From a virus (taxonomy: Duplodnaviria > Heunggongvirae > Uroviricota > Caudoviricetes), in IMG/VR virus record IMGVR_UViG_2778261428_000004, positions 1 through 39,037 of that record: DNA of 39,037 nucleotides; one strand, written 5' to 3'. Both the position numbers and the translations under genes were made by a program. Under the pieces are notes generated by a model. The model saw nothing but the letters and a program-made list of their open reading frames with translations, was not told where the DNA came from and searched no databases. How positions within the stretch are numbered: the first letter of the stretch is position 1; the number at the start of each line of letters is the position of its first letter. Positions 30,725-39,037 of this stretch are shown piece by piece.

Positions 30725-31021
30725 ATGGAATTTAAAGGTACTGAAGGTAAGTGGGAAATAATGATGGATGGCGATGAGATTAAAATCATCCAGGCAGACT
30801 CACTTGAAAATGGCGCAGGCTGGCGTTCGTATATTGCAATCTGTGAGGAAGTTCAATGTATTGAAGATGCCAATCTAATAGCGGCAGCACCTGAACTTCT
30901 CGAAGCACTTCAGTTATTACTTAAGCAATCCAAAAATAGAACAACGACAACATATCCAGAATGGTATGGAGCTGTTAATAAAGGTCTTGCAGCAATCAGA
31001 AAAGCTCTTGGGGATAAGTAA
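30725..31021 (+). CDS. Hypothetical early-left protein (98 aa from ATG 30725)
   Basis: AGAGG SD before ATG 30725; stop overlaps the next start (TAATG). Confidence 0.5.
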   Translation: MEFKGTEGKWEIMMDGDEIKIIQADSLENGAGWRSYIAICEEVQCIEDANLIAAAPELLEALQLLLKQSKNRTTTTYPEWYGAVNKGLAAIRKALGDK

Positions 31022-31209
31022 TGAAAGTAAAAATAACTGCTTCTAATACCAGTTTTGTTAGTGTTGGTGATATTACAGAAGTAATAACAAACCATGATGG
31101 AACCAAAGTTATGTGGTCTGATTTTTGTAAAAGATATGAGCGAGTTAGTTGGTGTAAACTCGTATGGGGAGTCGAATACGAAGAATTACCTGAAATGCAT
31201 GACGAATAA
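31021..31209 (+). CDS. Hypothetical early-left protein (62 aa)
   Basis: Translationally coupled to the upstream gene. Confidence 0.45.
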   Translation: MKVKITASNTSFVSVGDITEVITNHDGTKVMWSDFCKRYERVSWCKLVWGVEYEELPEMHDE

Positions 31210-31214
31210 GCACT

Positions 31215-31242
31215 GTGTATTCATTCCAACGAGTGAATACAC
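31215..31242 (+). repeat. 12-bp-stem inverted repeat (GTGTATTCATTC / GAGTGAATACAC)
   Basis: Seen directly, immediately after the 62-aa ORF stop; no T-tract follows. Confidence 0.5.
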
Positions 31243-31304
31243 GGAGCAATGTCGCTCGTAACTAAACAGGAGCCGACTTGTTCTGATTATTGGAAATCTT
31301 CTTT

Positions 31305-31330
31305 GCCCTCCAGTGTGAGGGCGATTTTTT
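31305..31330 (+). terminator. Rho-independent terminator within early-left operon (tL-like)
   Basis: GCCCTC-CAGTGT-GAGGGC followed by GATTTTTTAT. Confidence 0.6.
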
Positions 31331-31350
31331 ATCTATGAGGATATGAATAG

Positions 31351-31719
31351 ATGTCAAACATCAAAAAATACATCATTGATTACGACTGGAAAGCGTCAAT
31401 AGAAATTGAAATCGACCATGACGTAATGACAGAGGAAAAACTTCACCAGATTAATAATTTCTGGTCAGACTCTGAATACCGACTCAATAAACACGGCGCT
31501 GTATTAAATGCTGTATTAATCATGCTGGCGCAACATGCTCTGCTTATAGCAATTTCGAAAGACTTAAATGCATATGGTGTTGTTTGTGAGTTCGACTGGG
31601 ATGATGGAAATGGTCAGGAAGGATGGCCTCCAATGGATGGTAGTGAAGGAATAAGAATTACCGATATCGATACATCAGGAATATTTGATTCAGATGATAT
31701 GACTATCAAAGCCGCCTGA
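31351..31719 (+). CDS. Hypothetical strongly acidic protein (122 aa)
   Basis: GAGGA SD; many Asp/Glu, especially in the C-terminal third (DWDDGNGQEGWPPMDGSEG...DSDDMT). Confidence 0.55.
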   Translation: MSNIKKYIIDYDWKASIEIEIDHDVMTEEKLHQINNFWSDSEYRLNKHGAVLNAVLIMLAQHALLIAISKDLNAYGVVCEFDWDDGNGQEGWPPMDGSEGIRITDIDTSGIFDSDDMTIKAA

Positions 31720-31794
31720 GCGCGGCTTTACCGCATACCAATAATGCTTCACGAGAGGCATTTTCGTTATGCAATCAAATATAAGGAGTTACCC

Positions 31795-31929
31795 ATGATG
31801 CACTTTCAGCTCGCGGGTAGCGGCGTCATGTCCGCTTTCTACCCGCACGAATCTGAATTATCACGCCGAGTTAAACAATTAATCAGAGCAGCAAAGAAAC
31901 AACTGGAGGCGTTATGCGCAATGAAATAG
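31795..31929 (+). CDS. cIII: CIII-like protein (putative FtsH inhibitor)
   Basis: From ATG 31795 (AAGGAG SD): MMHFQLAGSG...ESELSRRVKQLIRAAKKQ resembles the conserved amphipathic core of lambda/P22 CIII. Confidence 0.5.
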   Translation: MMHFQLAGSGVMSAFYPHESELSRRVKQLIRAAKKQLEALCAMK

Positions 31930-32066
31930 CCATTAATCACCAGATGCTTCGTGCTGCACAGAACAAAGCAGTAATAGCCAGATTTATTGGTGATTCCAAA
32001 ATGTGGCTTGAAGCAAATAAAGCGATGAAATCAGCTATCAACCTTCCGTGGTATCGCAGGAAATGA
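31914..32066 (+). CDS. kil: Kil-like protein (putative host division inhibitor)
   Basis: 50-aa ORF not in the track; contains FIGDSKMW, reminiscent of lambda Kil as recalled; position right after cIII. Confidence 0.4.
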   Translation: MRNEIAINHQMLRAAQNKAVIARFIGDSKMWLEANKAMKSAINLPWYRRK

Positions 32067-32233
32067 GTTTTACAGATAACTGGTCAGACGAAGGATTCAT
32101 TCGTCAGATGAAAGAATTAATCGGTAACGAAGGAGATATTCATGTCACTTGCAACCACAGTGAAGGAGAGCAAGTTACAGAGGCGCATGTACACGCAGCA
32201 GGCGTTAATGTATCGCCAAAAGGGAGATCGTGA
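32063..32233 (+). CDS. Hypothetical protein (56 aa from ATG 32063)
   Basis: Start overlaps the upstream stop (ATGA). Confidence 0.4.
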   Translation: MSFTDNWSDEGFIRQMKELIGNEGDIHVTCNHSEGEQVTEAHVHAAGVNVSPKGRS

Positions 32234-32320
32234 AGGTGTTCGCGTCTTTTTAAATGCGGCAAAGACCGAAGTATTAAATCAGCGTTATTTCCTTGGTCCA
32301 TGTCCATTCTGAGGTGAATT

Positions 32321-33028
32321 ATGGATTTGAATAAATTCGATGAGCCATTCAGCCCTGAAGATATTGAATGGCGAATACAGCAAAGTGGTAAAACACGCGA
32401 TGGCAAAGTGTGGGCTATGGTGCTGGCTTATGTCACGAACAGGGCAATCATGAAACGCCTGGACGATGTTTGTGGCAAAGCAGGATGGCGTAATGAATAC
32501 CGCGATATTCCCAACAACGGCGGCGTTGAATGCGGCATATCAATAAAGATTGATTCCGAATGGGTAACCAAATGGGATGCTGCTGAAAACACGCAGGTAG
32601 AAGCCGTCAAAGGTGGTCGTTCCGGTGCAATGAAGCGTGCTGCCGTTCAGTGGGGAATCGGTCGGTATCTGTATAACCTTGAGGAAGGTTTCGCACAAAC
32701 ATCTCTCGATAAAAAGCAGGGATGGCACAGGGCAAAACTGAAAGATGGGACAGGATTTTACTGGCTCCCTCCATCGCTGCCGGGATGGGCAATACCAGCA
32801 TCAGATAACAAACCATCACCAGAAAATACCAACCAGAAATCTCCATCGGTTGACTGCGAACAAATCCTGAAAGACTTCAGCGATTATGCGTCAACAGAAA
32901 CTGACAAGAAAAAACTCATCGAGCGTTATCAGCATGACTGGCAATTAATGGCTGGCAATGAGGATGCGCAGGCTAAATGCGTTCAGGTAATGAACATCAG
33001 AGTTAACGAACTAAAACAGGCGGCATAA
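32321..33028 (+). CDS. Rad52/Sak-family single-strand annealing protein
   Basis: KRAAVQWGIGRYLY motif characteristic of the Rad52/Sak family; GAGGTG SD. Confidence 0.7.
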   Translation: MDLNKFDEPFSPEDIEWRIQQSGKTRDGKVWAMVLAYVTNRAIMKRLDDVCGKAGWRNEYRDIPNNGGVECGISIKIDSEWVTKWDAAENTQVEAVKGGRSGAMKRAAVQWGIGRYLYNLEEGFAQTSLDKKQGWHRAKLKDGTGFYWLPPSLPGWAIPASDNKPSPENTNQKSPSVDCEQILKDFSDYASTETDKKKLIERYQHDWQLMAGNEDAQAKCVQVMNIRVNELKQAA

Positions 33029-33544
33029 ATGGCAAGCAGAGGCGTAAATAAGGTGATCATTATTGGTCGCCTTGGGCATGATCCAGAAATCAGATATTCA
33101 CCATCAGGAACGGCATTTGCAAACCTTACAGTTGCTACGTCAGAACAATGGCGTGATAAGCAAACTGGAGAGCAAAAGGAGCAGACGGAGTGGCACCGTG
33201 TGGTAATGAGCGGGAAACTGGCAGAAATTGCCAGCGAATATCTGCGAAAAGGCTCTGAGGTTTATCTTGAAGGCAAATTGCGGACAAGAAAATGGCAGGA
33301 TCAAAGCGGACAGGATCGGTTCACTACCGAAGTCATAGTGGGCGTTGGTGGAACCATGCAAATGCTTGGTGGCAAGCAAGGAGGCAATGAACAGTCTTCA
33401 CCTCAGCGAAATGACGGTCAGCAACAAAGACAACAACATCAGCAGCAAGGGAATCACAGCGAACCACCTATGGATTTTGACGACGATATCCCCTTTGCAC
33501 CAGTAACTCTCCCTTTCCCTCGTCACGCTATTCACGCAATTTAA
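33029..33544 (+). CDS. ssb: Single-stranded DNA-binding protein SSB with 15-aa extension beyond the canonical DDDIPF tail
   Basis: [23 protein letters not shown]...TEWHRVV...[12 protein letters not shown] closely parallels E. coli SSB; the ORF continues [15 protein letters not shown]. Confidence 0.9.
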   Translation: MASRGVNKVIIIGRLGHDPEIRYSPSGTAFANLTVATSEQWRDKQTGEQKEQTEWHRVVMSGKLAEIASEYLRKGSEVYLEGKLRTRKWQDQSGQDRFTTEVIVGVGGTMQMLGGKQGGNEQSSPQRNDGQQQRQQHQQQGNHSEPPMDFDDDIPFAPVTLPFPRHAIHAI

Positions 33545-33552
33545 GGACTTAC

Positions 33553-34101
33553 ATGAATCACTTGATGGTTGACCTTGAAACAATGGGCAACGGGCCATAC
33601 GCGCCAGTTATTTCTATTGGGGCGGTATTCTTTGACCCGAATACCGGAGAAACAGGAGAAGAGTTCTCGGTAAATATCTCGCTTGAGTCATCAATGCGAT
33701 ATCGAGCGCGTCCTGACGCTTCAACGATTTTATGGTGGATGGAACAGAGTGAAGAAGCCAGAAAATCGCTAACCAGCAACACTCAGGAGCTTTCAACGGC
33801 TCTTTCATGGTTATCTGAATTCATCATAAAGAACGCCAACCACAAACTCGTTCAGGTTTGGGGGAATGGAGCATCATTTGACTGCGTTATTCTCCGCAAC
33901 AGTTATTCGCTGACAGGGCAGCCAGTTCCGTGGCAGTGGTGGAATGACCGCGACGTAAGAACAATCGTCGAACTTGGGAAGATAATAGGATTCGACCCTA
34001 AGCGAGATATGCCATTCAAAGGAATTCGCCACAACGCGCTTGATGATGCCATTCACCAAGCCAAATACGTTTCAGCGATCTGGAAAAAGTTAGCTAAATA
34101 A
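33553..34101 (+). CDS. DEDD-type 3'-5' exonuclease (DnaQ-like fold)
   Basis: MVDLETMG (Exo I motif), later FDCVIL and HNALDDA (Exo III-like) motifs. Confidence 0.65.
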   Translation: MNHLMVDLETMGNGPYAPVISIGAVFFDPNTGETGEEFSVNISLESSMRYRARPDASTILWWMEQSEEARKSLTSNTQELSTALSWLSEFIIKNANHKLVQVWGNGASFDCVILRNSYSLTGQPVPWQWWNDRDVRTIVELGKIIGFDPKRDMPFKGIRHNALDDAIHQAKYVSAIWKKLAK

Positions 34102-34117
34102 TCAACAGGAGAAAACC

Positions 34118-34411
34118 ATGCCAGCGCCTCTGTATGGTGCGGATGACCCGCGCCGCTGTTCCGGCAATTCCGTATCGGAGGTGCTGGATAAATTCAGAAA
34201 AAACTACGACCTGATAATGTCGCTACCGCAGGAAACGAAAGAGGAAAAGGAATTTCGCCATTGTATATGGCTTGCAGAGAAAGAAGAACGCGAGCGAATT
34301 TACCAGACATCAATCCGACCATTCCGCAAAGCCACATATACCCACTTCCCTGAAATTGACCCGCGCCTGCGTAATTACCGCTCACGCTATGGCGCTATCA
34401 GTAATGACTGA
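34118..34411 (+). CDS. Hypothetical protein (97 aa)
   Basis: AGGAG SD before ATG. Confidence 0.5.
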   Translation: MPAPLYGADDPRRCSGNSVSEVLDKFRKNYDLIMSLPQETKEEKEFRHCIWLAEKEERERIYQTSIRPFRKATYTHFPEIDPRLRNYRSRYGAISND

Positions 34412-34421
34412 GGAATTAACA

Positions 34422-34712
34422 ATGAAAACAATGAAGCTAAACATCGACCTCGGCAAATACGTTATTACCGGGACCAAACACGACCTGATTCTTAGCGAAA
34501 GAGGAATTATCAAAGAAGGCGAGAATGCAGGGAAAGAAACACTAAGTCGTATCGGTTATTACAGCAAGTTTGAGCATCTGGTTAAAGAGTTATGCAACCG
34601 TGAAATTCTGTTATCTCAAGCGCGGACGCTACAGGATATTCAGCAGCATATCGAGACTTTAGGTGTGTCACTTAGCATGGCTGTTGACCAGTTCGTGGAG
34701 AGTAAATCATGA
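34422..34712 (+). CDS. Hypothetical protein (96 aa from ATG 34422)
   Basis: GAGG SD; internal start within a longer ORF. Confidence 0.5.
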   Translation: MKTMKLNIDLGKYVITGTKHDLILSERGIIKEGENAGKETLSRIGYYSKFEHLVKELCNREILLSQARTLQDIQQHIETLGVSLSMAVDQFVESKS

Positions 34713-34876
34713 GAGGACTTGCATACAATCCCGGCATTCTTCCGGCAGAAATGATTATTCGCCAACGCGTAAAGCCAATGCCACCGAGAGAGGAATTGCT
34801 TAAGAGAAATTCTTTTCCTTCAGTGAATCAAAACAAATATCTGAATGCGATGTGGCGTAAAGGAGGCAACCAGTGA
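34709..34876 (+). CDS. Hypothetical protein (55 aa)
   Basis: Not in the ORF track; start overlaps the upstream stop and stop overlaps the next start. Confidence 0.35.
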   Translation: MRGLAYNPGILPAEMIIRQRVKPMPPREELLKRNSFPSVNQNKYLNAMWRKGGNQ

Positions 34877-35226
34877 GCGAAATTAATTACCAGGCACTGC
34901 GTGAAAAAGCAGAGAAAGCAACGTGTGGTGTGTGGTCGCTCGAATATGGAGAGGGCCGATTTGATGGTGATGATGCACTAATTCATCGCGAGGCTGCTGG
35001 ATATATTCCCATTTGCAGAATTGAAGGAGCGCATCCAGAAAGCGGTTTCGATGAAGATTTCCAAATGGAACAGCAGGCCAATGCTGAATTCATCGCCGCA
35101 GCCAATCCGGCTACTGTGCTGGCACTACTGGATGAAAACGAAAGACTGTGTCGCGAGCTGATAGCTCGTAATGGTGAGATTGAAGGGCTTCGGAAGTGGG
35201 CAGAAGAACGGGAGATGCAACCATGA
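34873..35226 (+). CDS. Ea22/Ead-like protein (short paralog)
   Basis: GTG start with AGGAGG SD; motif [23 protein letters not shown] is shared with the next gene. Confidence 0.55.
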   Translation: MSEINYQALREKAEKATCGVWSLEYGEGRFDGDDALIHREAAGYIPICRIEGAHPESGFDEDFQMEQQANAEFIAAANPATVLALLDENERLCRELIARNGEIEGLRKWAEEREMQP

Positions 35227-36152
35227 TGACTTTTACCAGCGAACAATTAGCTACCTTACGTAAGATAGCGCAACAGGCAACACAGGGCGAATGGCGTGCA
35301 TTCATCTCGCCGGACACTGGTACATATGCGGTGCATACGCCGGGGGATGAACGTTGCGGAGACATTATCAAATGGCCTGGCTTTGACGACCAGAAAAATG
35401 CAGAGAACAACGCAGAATTTATCGCAGCTTTCAACCCTAAATTAGTGCAGACACTGCTGGATGAACGGGAAAGAAACCAGCAATACATCAAATCACGCGA
35501 CCAGGAGAACGAGGATATTGCGCTAACGGTAGGGAAGCTGCGCGTTGAGCTTGAGGAGGTGAGAGCAAAACTCAATGAACAACGCGAGTATTACGAGGGA
35601 GTAATCGCGGATGGAAGTAAGCACATAGCAGAACTGGAAAAACAATGCGCCGAATGGGAGCGAAAAGCATTAAGCAACTTTGAAGAGTGTGCTGCGATGG
35701 CTGAACGTATCGAAGAGATGCAGACAAAATCTGCACCAGATTCGTTTGGCATCATCGGTGAAAATATTCGAACACAGGATAATCGAATAACGTCAGATCC
35801 TATGTTTTGTGTGTATCAAAAGCGCGAAATCGTTGTTGATGCTGATTATGACTATGACCGGATTGTCTGGGTTGATGAAGATGGCAATGAAGCCAATAAA
35901 CTCCAAAGTCGTCGTCTCGAACTACTTCATGAAAACTTTCGGGAGCCACCAGAAAAATGGCGGCGCGTTGCTGTGAAAGATATTGATGAATTCGTTACCT
36001 GCTGTTTCACCGAACAGGGTTGTAAAGACTACCTGGCAGCCAATGGTCACAATCTTCGCTTGCCATTTATATATGTAAAAAGCGGTTTCAGGAACGCTGA
36101 ATATATCGGCATAAGAAACTGGCTTGCTGGTATTCGCATCAAAGGAGACTGA
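35223..36152 (+). CDS. Ea22/Ead-like protein (long paralog)
   Basis: From ATG 35223: NAEFIAAFNPKLVQTLLDERERN repeats the motif of the upstream gene; coiled-coil-rich centre. Confidence 0.55.
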   Translation: MMTFTSEQLATLRKIAQQATQGEWRAFISPDTGTYAVHTPGDERCGDIIKWPGFDDQKNAENNAEFIAAFNPKLVQTLLDERERNQQYIKSRDQENEDIALTVGKLRVELEEVRAKLNEQREYYEGVIADGSKHIAELEKQCAEWERKALSNFEECAAMAERIEEMQTKSAPDSFGIIGENIRTQDNRITSDPMFCVYQKREIVVDADYDYDRIVWVDEDGNEANKLQSRRLELLHENFREPPEKWRRVAVKDIDEFVTCCFTEQGCKDYLAANGHNLRLPFIYVKSGFRNAEYIGIRNWLAGIRIKGD

Positions 36153-36153
36153 T

Positions 36154-36363
36154 ATGGCTATTGCCGCAAGTTACACCATGCATCTCTATTGTGATTGTCG
36201 CCAGTGTACGGAAGGTGTATATCCAGTGCCAGACTTCGGTGAGTATATCGGTACGTCATGGTCTGGTTGTGCAAAAGAGGCCCGTAAAGACGGGTGGCGA
36301 ATAAGCAAAGACAAAACACGTACTTTTGCGCCCGGGCATAAAGTTTTGAGGATTAACACATGA
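36154..36363 (+). CDS. Hypothetical Cys-rich small protein (69 aa)
   Basis: AAAGGAG SD before ATG 36154; CDCRQC...C pattern. Confidence 0.45.
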   Translation: MAIAASYTMHLYCDCRQCTEGVYPVPDFGEYIGTSWSGCAKEARKDGWRISKDKTRTFAPGHKVLRINT

Positions 36364-37133
36364 CCACTATTACCAAAGAACGTATTGAATTGTTCATTAA
36401 AAATCCGCTTGAAAACGGGCTTACTCGTGGCGAACAAATGGAACTGGCACGAATTGCACTGGCATCACTGGAACGCGAACTGATTCGCCACGAGCATGCC
36501 AAATGGTCTGACTCCACATTTGGCTGCGTTGGCCCCATTGGTCCACTGAAACACCTCTCAAAAGAGGCTCTGGAAGCCGCAGCCGAACCAGACGATCTCA
36601 GCGAGTGGGCTGATATGCATTTCCTGTTGTGGGATGCACAGCGCCGTGCTGGCATCAGCGATGCTGAAATTACCGCTGCTATGGAAGATAAATTGAAGAT
36701 CAACATGGAGCGCCAGTGGCCTGAACCAAAAGATGGTGAGCCTCGCTTGCACATTAAAGAACCCGGCAACTCTCCGGTAATTCCGGATGGTTTATCCACG
36801 GTATGCGCTGAGGCTTATCAGGTTGTAGGAGTTATGGCAGATGCGCTTGGTGTATTCGGTGATGCAGCAGTACAGAAAGTTCTGGATAACCTGTCACAGC
36901 AAAAACTTGTTCACAGAGATGTGCTGCCGTTCTCGCTTCCGGTAACTCCGGATGGTTGGATAAGCTGTAGTGATCGAATGCCGAACGACGCGCAGTGGTG
37001 CGTAGTGAACACAGAATACGGGTATTACGTGCAATGCTGGTCTGAAGGTCAAGGGTGGCTTGGTGATGATATCAGCATCCCTAAATGCGATGTAATCAAT
37101 TGGATGCCTCTACCAGAACCGCCGCAGGGGTGA
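36360..37133 (+). CDS. DUF550 (MazG-like NTP pyrophosphohydrolase-like) plus DUF551 two-domain protein
   Basis: The C-terminal WISCSDRMPND...INWMPLPEPP resembles the standalone DUF551 gene at 19060-19275. Confidence 0.55.
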   Translation: MTTITKERIELFIKNPLENGLTRGEQMELARIALASLERELIRHEHAKWSDSTFGCVGPIGPLKHLSKEALEAAAEPDDLSEWADMHFLLWDAQRRAGISDAEITAAMEDKLKINMERQWPEPKDGEPRLHIKEPGNSPVIPDGLSTVCAEAYQVVGVMADALGVFGDAAVQKVLDNLSQQKLVHRDVLPFSLPVTPDGWISCSDRMPNDAQWCVVNTEYGYYVQCWSEGQGWLGDDISIPKCDVINWMPLPEPPQG

Positions 37134-37199
37134 AATGATGCTTGGCCTGAAGTATTTTATGTAATTGGTATTGCTATATTTTTATCTGGGGATAAACGA

Positions 37200-37442
37200 A
37201 TGTTCTCTCTGATTCAACGTGGTCAGATATACACCGATAGCGCTGGCTATCCAGTAAAAATCATTCGTAGTACTGATCACTCAGTATTCTTCAAGAGGAT
37301 GGATGGCTATCCTGGAAGAGTGTGCATCAGAAAATTCAATAATTTATTCGAACACATTGATCACAGAGAATATCACCAGATCCTGGCTGAAACAGAACAG
37401 GAGAACCATCTGAAAAAATTACGTGCTATGCAAAGGAGATAA
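37200..37442 (+). CDS. Hypothetical protein (80 aa)
   Basis: GGGGA SD. Confidence 0.45.
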   Translation: MFSLIQRGQIYTDSAGYPVKIIRSTDHSVFFKRMDGYPGRVCIRKFNNLFEHIDHREYHQILAETEQENHLKKLRAMQRR

Positions 37443-37522
37443 ACCGGTAAAGGTGTTCGCGATAAAGGTGAATATCGGCAATGAATAACAATCCTCGAAC
37501 TCGCGGGGATTTCTTTTATCTG

Positions 37523-37547
37523 AACTCGCTACGGCGAGTTTTGTTTT
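37523..37547 (+). terminator. Rho-independent terminator
   Basis: AACTCGC-TACG-GCGAGTT followed by TTGTTTT. Confidence 0.55.
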
Positions 37548-37560
37548 ATGGAGATGATAA

Positions 37561-37728
37561 ATGCACTTCCGAGTCACAGGTGAATGGAATGGAGAGCCAT
37601 TCGACAGGGTTATCGAAGCAGAGGACATCAACGACTGCTATAACCACTGGATGATATGGGCGCAGATAGCGCATGCAGACGTAACCAATATTCGAATTGA
37701 AGAACTGAAAGAACACCAAGCCGCCTGA
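37561..37728 (+). CDS. Hypothetical protein (55 aa)
   Basis: Not in the ORF track; GGAG SD; lies between two terminator hairpins. Confidence 0.35.
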   Translation: MHFRVTGEWNGEPFDRVIEAEDINDCYNHWMIWAQIAHADVTNIRIEELKEHQAA

Positions 37729-37742
37729 TGGCGGTTTTTTCT
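37719..37742 (+). terminator. Rho-independent terminator upstream of xis
   Basis: AAGCCGCC-TGAT-GGCGGTTTTTTCTT. Confidence 0.6.
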
Positions 37743-37767
37743 TGCGTGTAATTGCGGAGACTTTGCG

Positions 37768-37986
37768 ATGTACTTAACACTTCAGGAGTGGAACGCACGC
37801 CAGCGGCGCCCAAGAAGCCTTGAAACAGTTCGTCGATGGGTACGCGAGTGCAGGATATTCCCTCCTCCGGTTAAGGATGGAAGAGAGTATCTGTTCCACG
37901 AATCAGCGGTAAAGGTTGACTTAAATCGACCAGTAACAGGTAGCCTTTTGAAGAGGATCAGAAATGGGAAGAAGGCGAAGTCATGA
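37768..37986 (+). CDS. xis: Excisionase
   Basis: 72 aa, MYLTLQEWNARQRRPRSLETVRRWVRECRIFPPPVKDGREYLF..., essentially lambda Xis as recalled. Confidence 0.95.
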   Translation: MYLTLQEWNARQRRPRSLETVRRWVRECRIFPPPVKDGREYLFHESAVKVDLNRPVTGSLLKRIRNGKKAKS

Positions 37987-39037
37987 GCGCCGGGATTTAC
38001 CTCCTAACCTTTATATAAGAAACAATGGATATTACTGCTACAGGGACCCAAGGACGGGTAAAGAGTTTGGATTAGGCCGAGACAGGAGGATAGCAATCAC
38101 TGAAGCTATACAGGCCAACATTGAGTTACTCTCAGACAGCGGACGCAAATCACTGATAGACAGAATTAAAGGCGGTGACGCAATCACTCTTCATGTGTGG
38201 CTTGACCGATATGAAAGAATCCTCACCGAAAGGGGGATCAGGCCGAAAACTCTACTCGACTACGCCAGCAAAATCAGGGCAATCCGAAGAAAATTGCCGG
38301 ACAAACCGCTCACTGACATATCAACGAAAGAAGTGGCAGCAATGCTAAACACCTACGTAGCAGAAGGTAAAGCAGCTTCCGCAAAATTAATCAGGTCAAC
38401 CCTTGTTGACGTTTTTCGTGAAGCAATAGCCGAGGGGCATGTGGCAACGAATCCGGTAACAGCAACCCGTACAGCAAAGTCAGAAGTAAGGCGCTCAAGG
38501 CTGACAGCTAATGAGTATGTCGAGATTTACCATGCAGCCGAACCTCTCCCTATCTGGCTAAGGCTGGCGATGGATTTGGCCGTCGTTACAGGGCAGAGAG
38601 TCGGCGATTTGTGCAGAATGAAATGGTCAGACATAAACGACAACCATCTTCACATTGAACAGAGTAAAACAGGGGCTAAACTCGCCATTCCGCTAATGCT
38701 AACGATTGACGCGCTCAATATCTCATTGGCTGATACACTACAGAAATGCAGGGATGCCAGCAGCAGTGAAACTATAATCGCATCAAAGCATCACGATCCG
38801 CTTTCCCCGAAAACAGTATCAAAGTATTTTACAAAGGCGAGAAATGCATCTGGACTCTCATTTGATGGAAACCCGCCAACATTCCATGAACTGCGTAGCC
38901 TGTCAGCGAGGCTATACCGGAACCAGATTGGCGATAAGTTTGCTCAACGTCTTCTCGGGCATAAATCAGATTCAATGGCGGCGCGGTATAGGGACAGCCG
39001 TGGACGGGAATGGGACAAAATTGAAATCGACAAATGA
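37964..39037 (+). CDS. int: Tyrosine integrase, lambda Int-like
   Basis: 357 aa; MGRRRSHERRDLPPNLYIRNNGYYCYRDPRTGKEFGLGRDRRIAITEAIQAN... and C-terminal ...HELRSLSARLY...LLGHKSD...EWDKIEI match lambda Int as recalled; overlaps the xis end. Confidence 0.95.
   Translation: MGRRRSHERRDLPPNLYIRNNGYYCYRDPRTGKEFGLGRDRRIAITEAIQANIELLSDSGRKSLIDRIKGGDAITLHVWLDRYERILTERGIRPKTLLDYASKIRAIRRKLPDKPLTDISTKEVAAMLNTYVAEGKAASAKLIRSTLVDVFREAIAEGHVATNPVTATRTAKSEVRRSRLTANEYVEIYHAAEPLPIWLRLAMDLAVVTGQRVGDLCRMKWSDINDNHLHIEQSKTGAKLAIPLMLTIDALNISLADTLQKCRDASSSETIIASKHHDPLSPKTVSKYFTKARNASGLSFDGNPPTFHELRSLSARLYRNQIGDKFAQRLLGHKSDSMAARYRDSRGREWDKIEIDK

Noticed and set aside
32232-32244. 12-bp sequence AAGGTGTTCGCG repeated at 32233-32244 and 37450-37461
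   Set aside because: An exact 12-mer recurring once in 39 kb is expected by chance (tens of such pairs), so it is not evidence of a functional repeat.

Overview
The window is almost entirely one temperate-phage genome segment (about 1.1-39.0 kb), a mosaic of lambda-like and P22-like modules. All identifications come from reading the six-frame translations and the DNA by eye and comparing with lambda and P22 protein sequences recalled from memory; no database search was run. The virion/late genes are on the minus strand and the immunity-left arm on the plus strand. Left to right: a low-GC family-2 glycosyltransferase (plus strand) converging on a chimeric tailspike; an orphan Mnt repressor plus a lipoprotein; the P22-type ejection proteins gp16/gp20/gp7, gp14, tail needle gp26, gp10, gp4, coat, scaffold, portal and large/small terminase with a P22-type pac site; a lambda-type lysis cassette (S, R, Rz/Rz1), pR'/tR' and Q; a nin region (NinH, RusA, YbcO-like, Rha/KilAC antirepressor-like, NinF, NinE, adenine methyltransferase, NinB); a replication module (O-like initiator with internal iteron origin, primase-helicase fusion); cII, nutR, cro, OR, then on the plus strand cI, a small membrane protein in the rex position, OL/pL, nutL, N, a run of small early-left genes (including cIII- and Kil-like), a Rad52-type annealing protein, SSB, a 3'-5' exonuclease, Ea22-like proteins, a DUF550/DUF551 protein, xis and int. 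attP/attL would lie just beyond the right edge. No rRNA, tRNA or CRISPR array was found. The best candidates for uncharacterised accessory functions are the cI-linked membrane protein, the mnt-lipoprotein island, the glycosyltransferase/tailspike pair, and the small acidic early-left proteins; none can be assigned a function from sequence alone.
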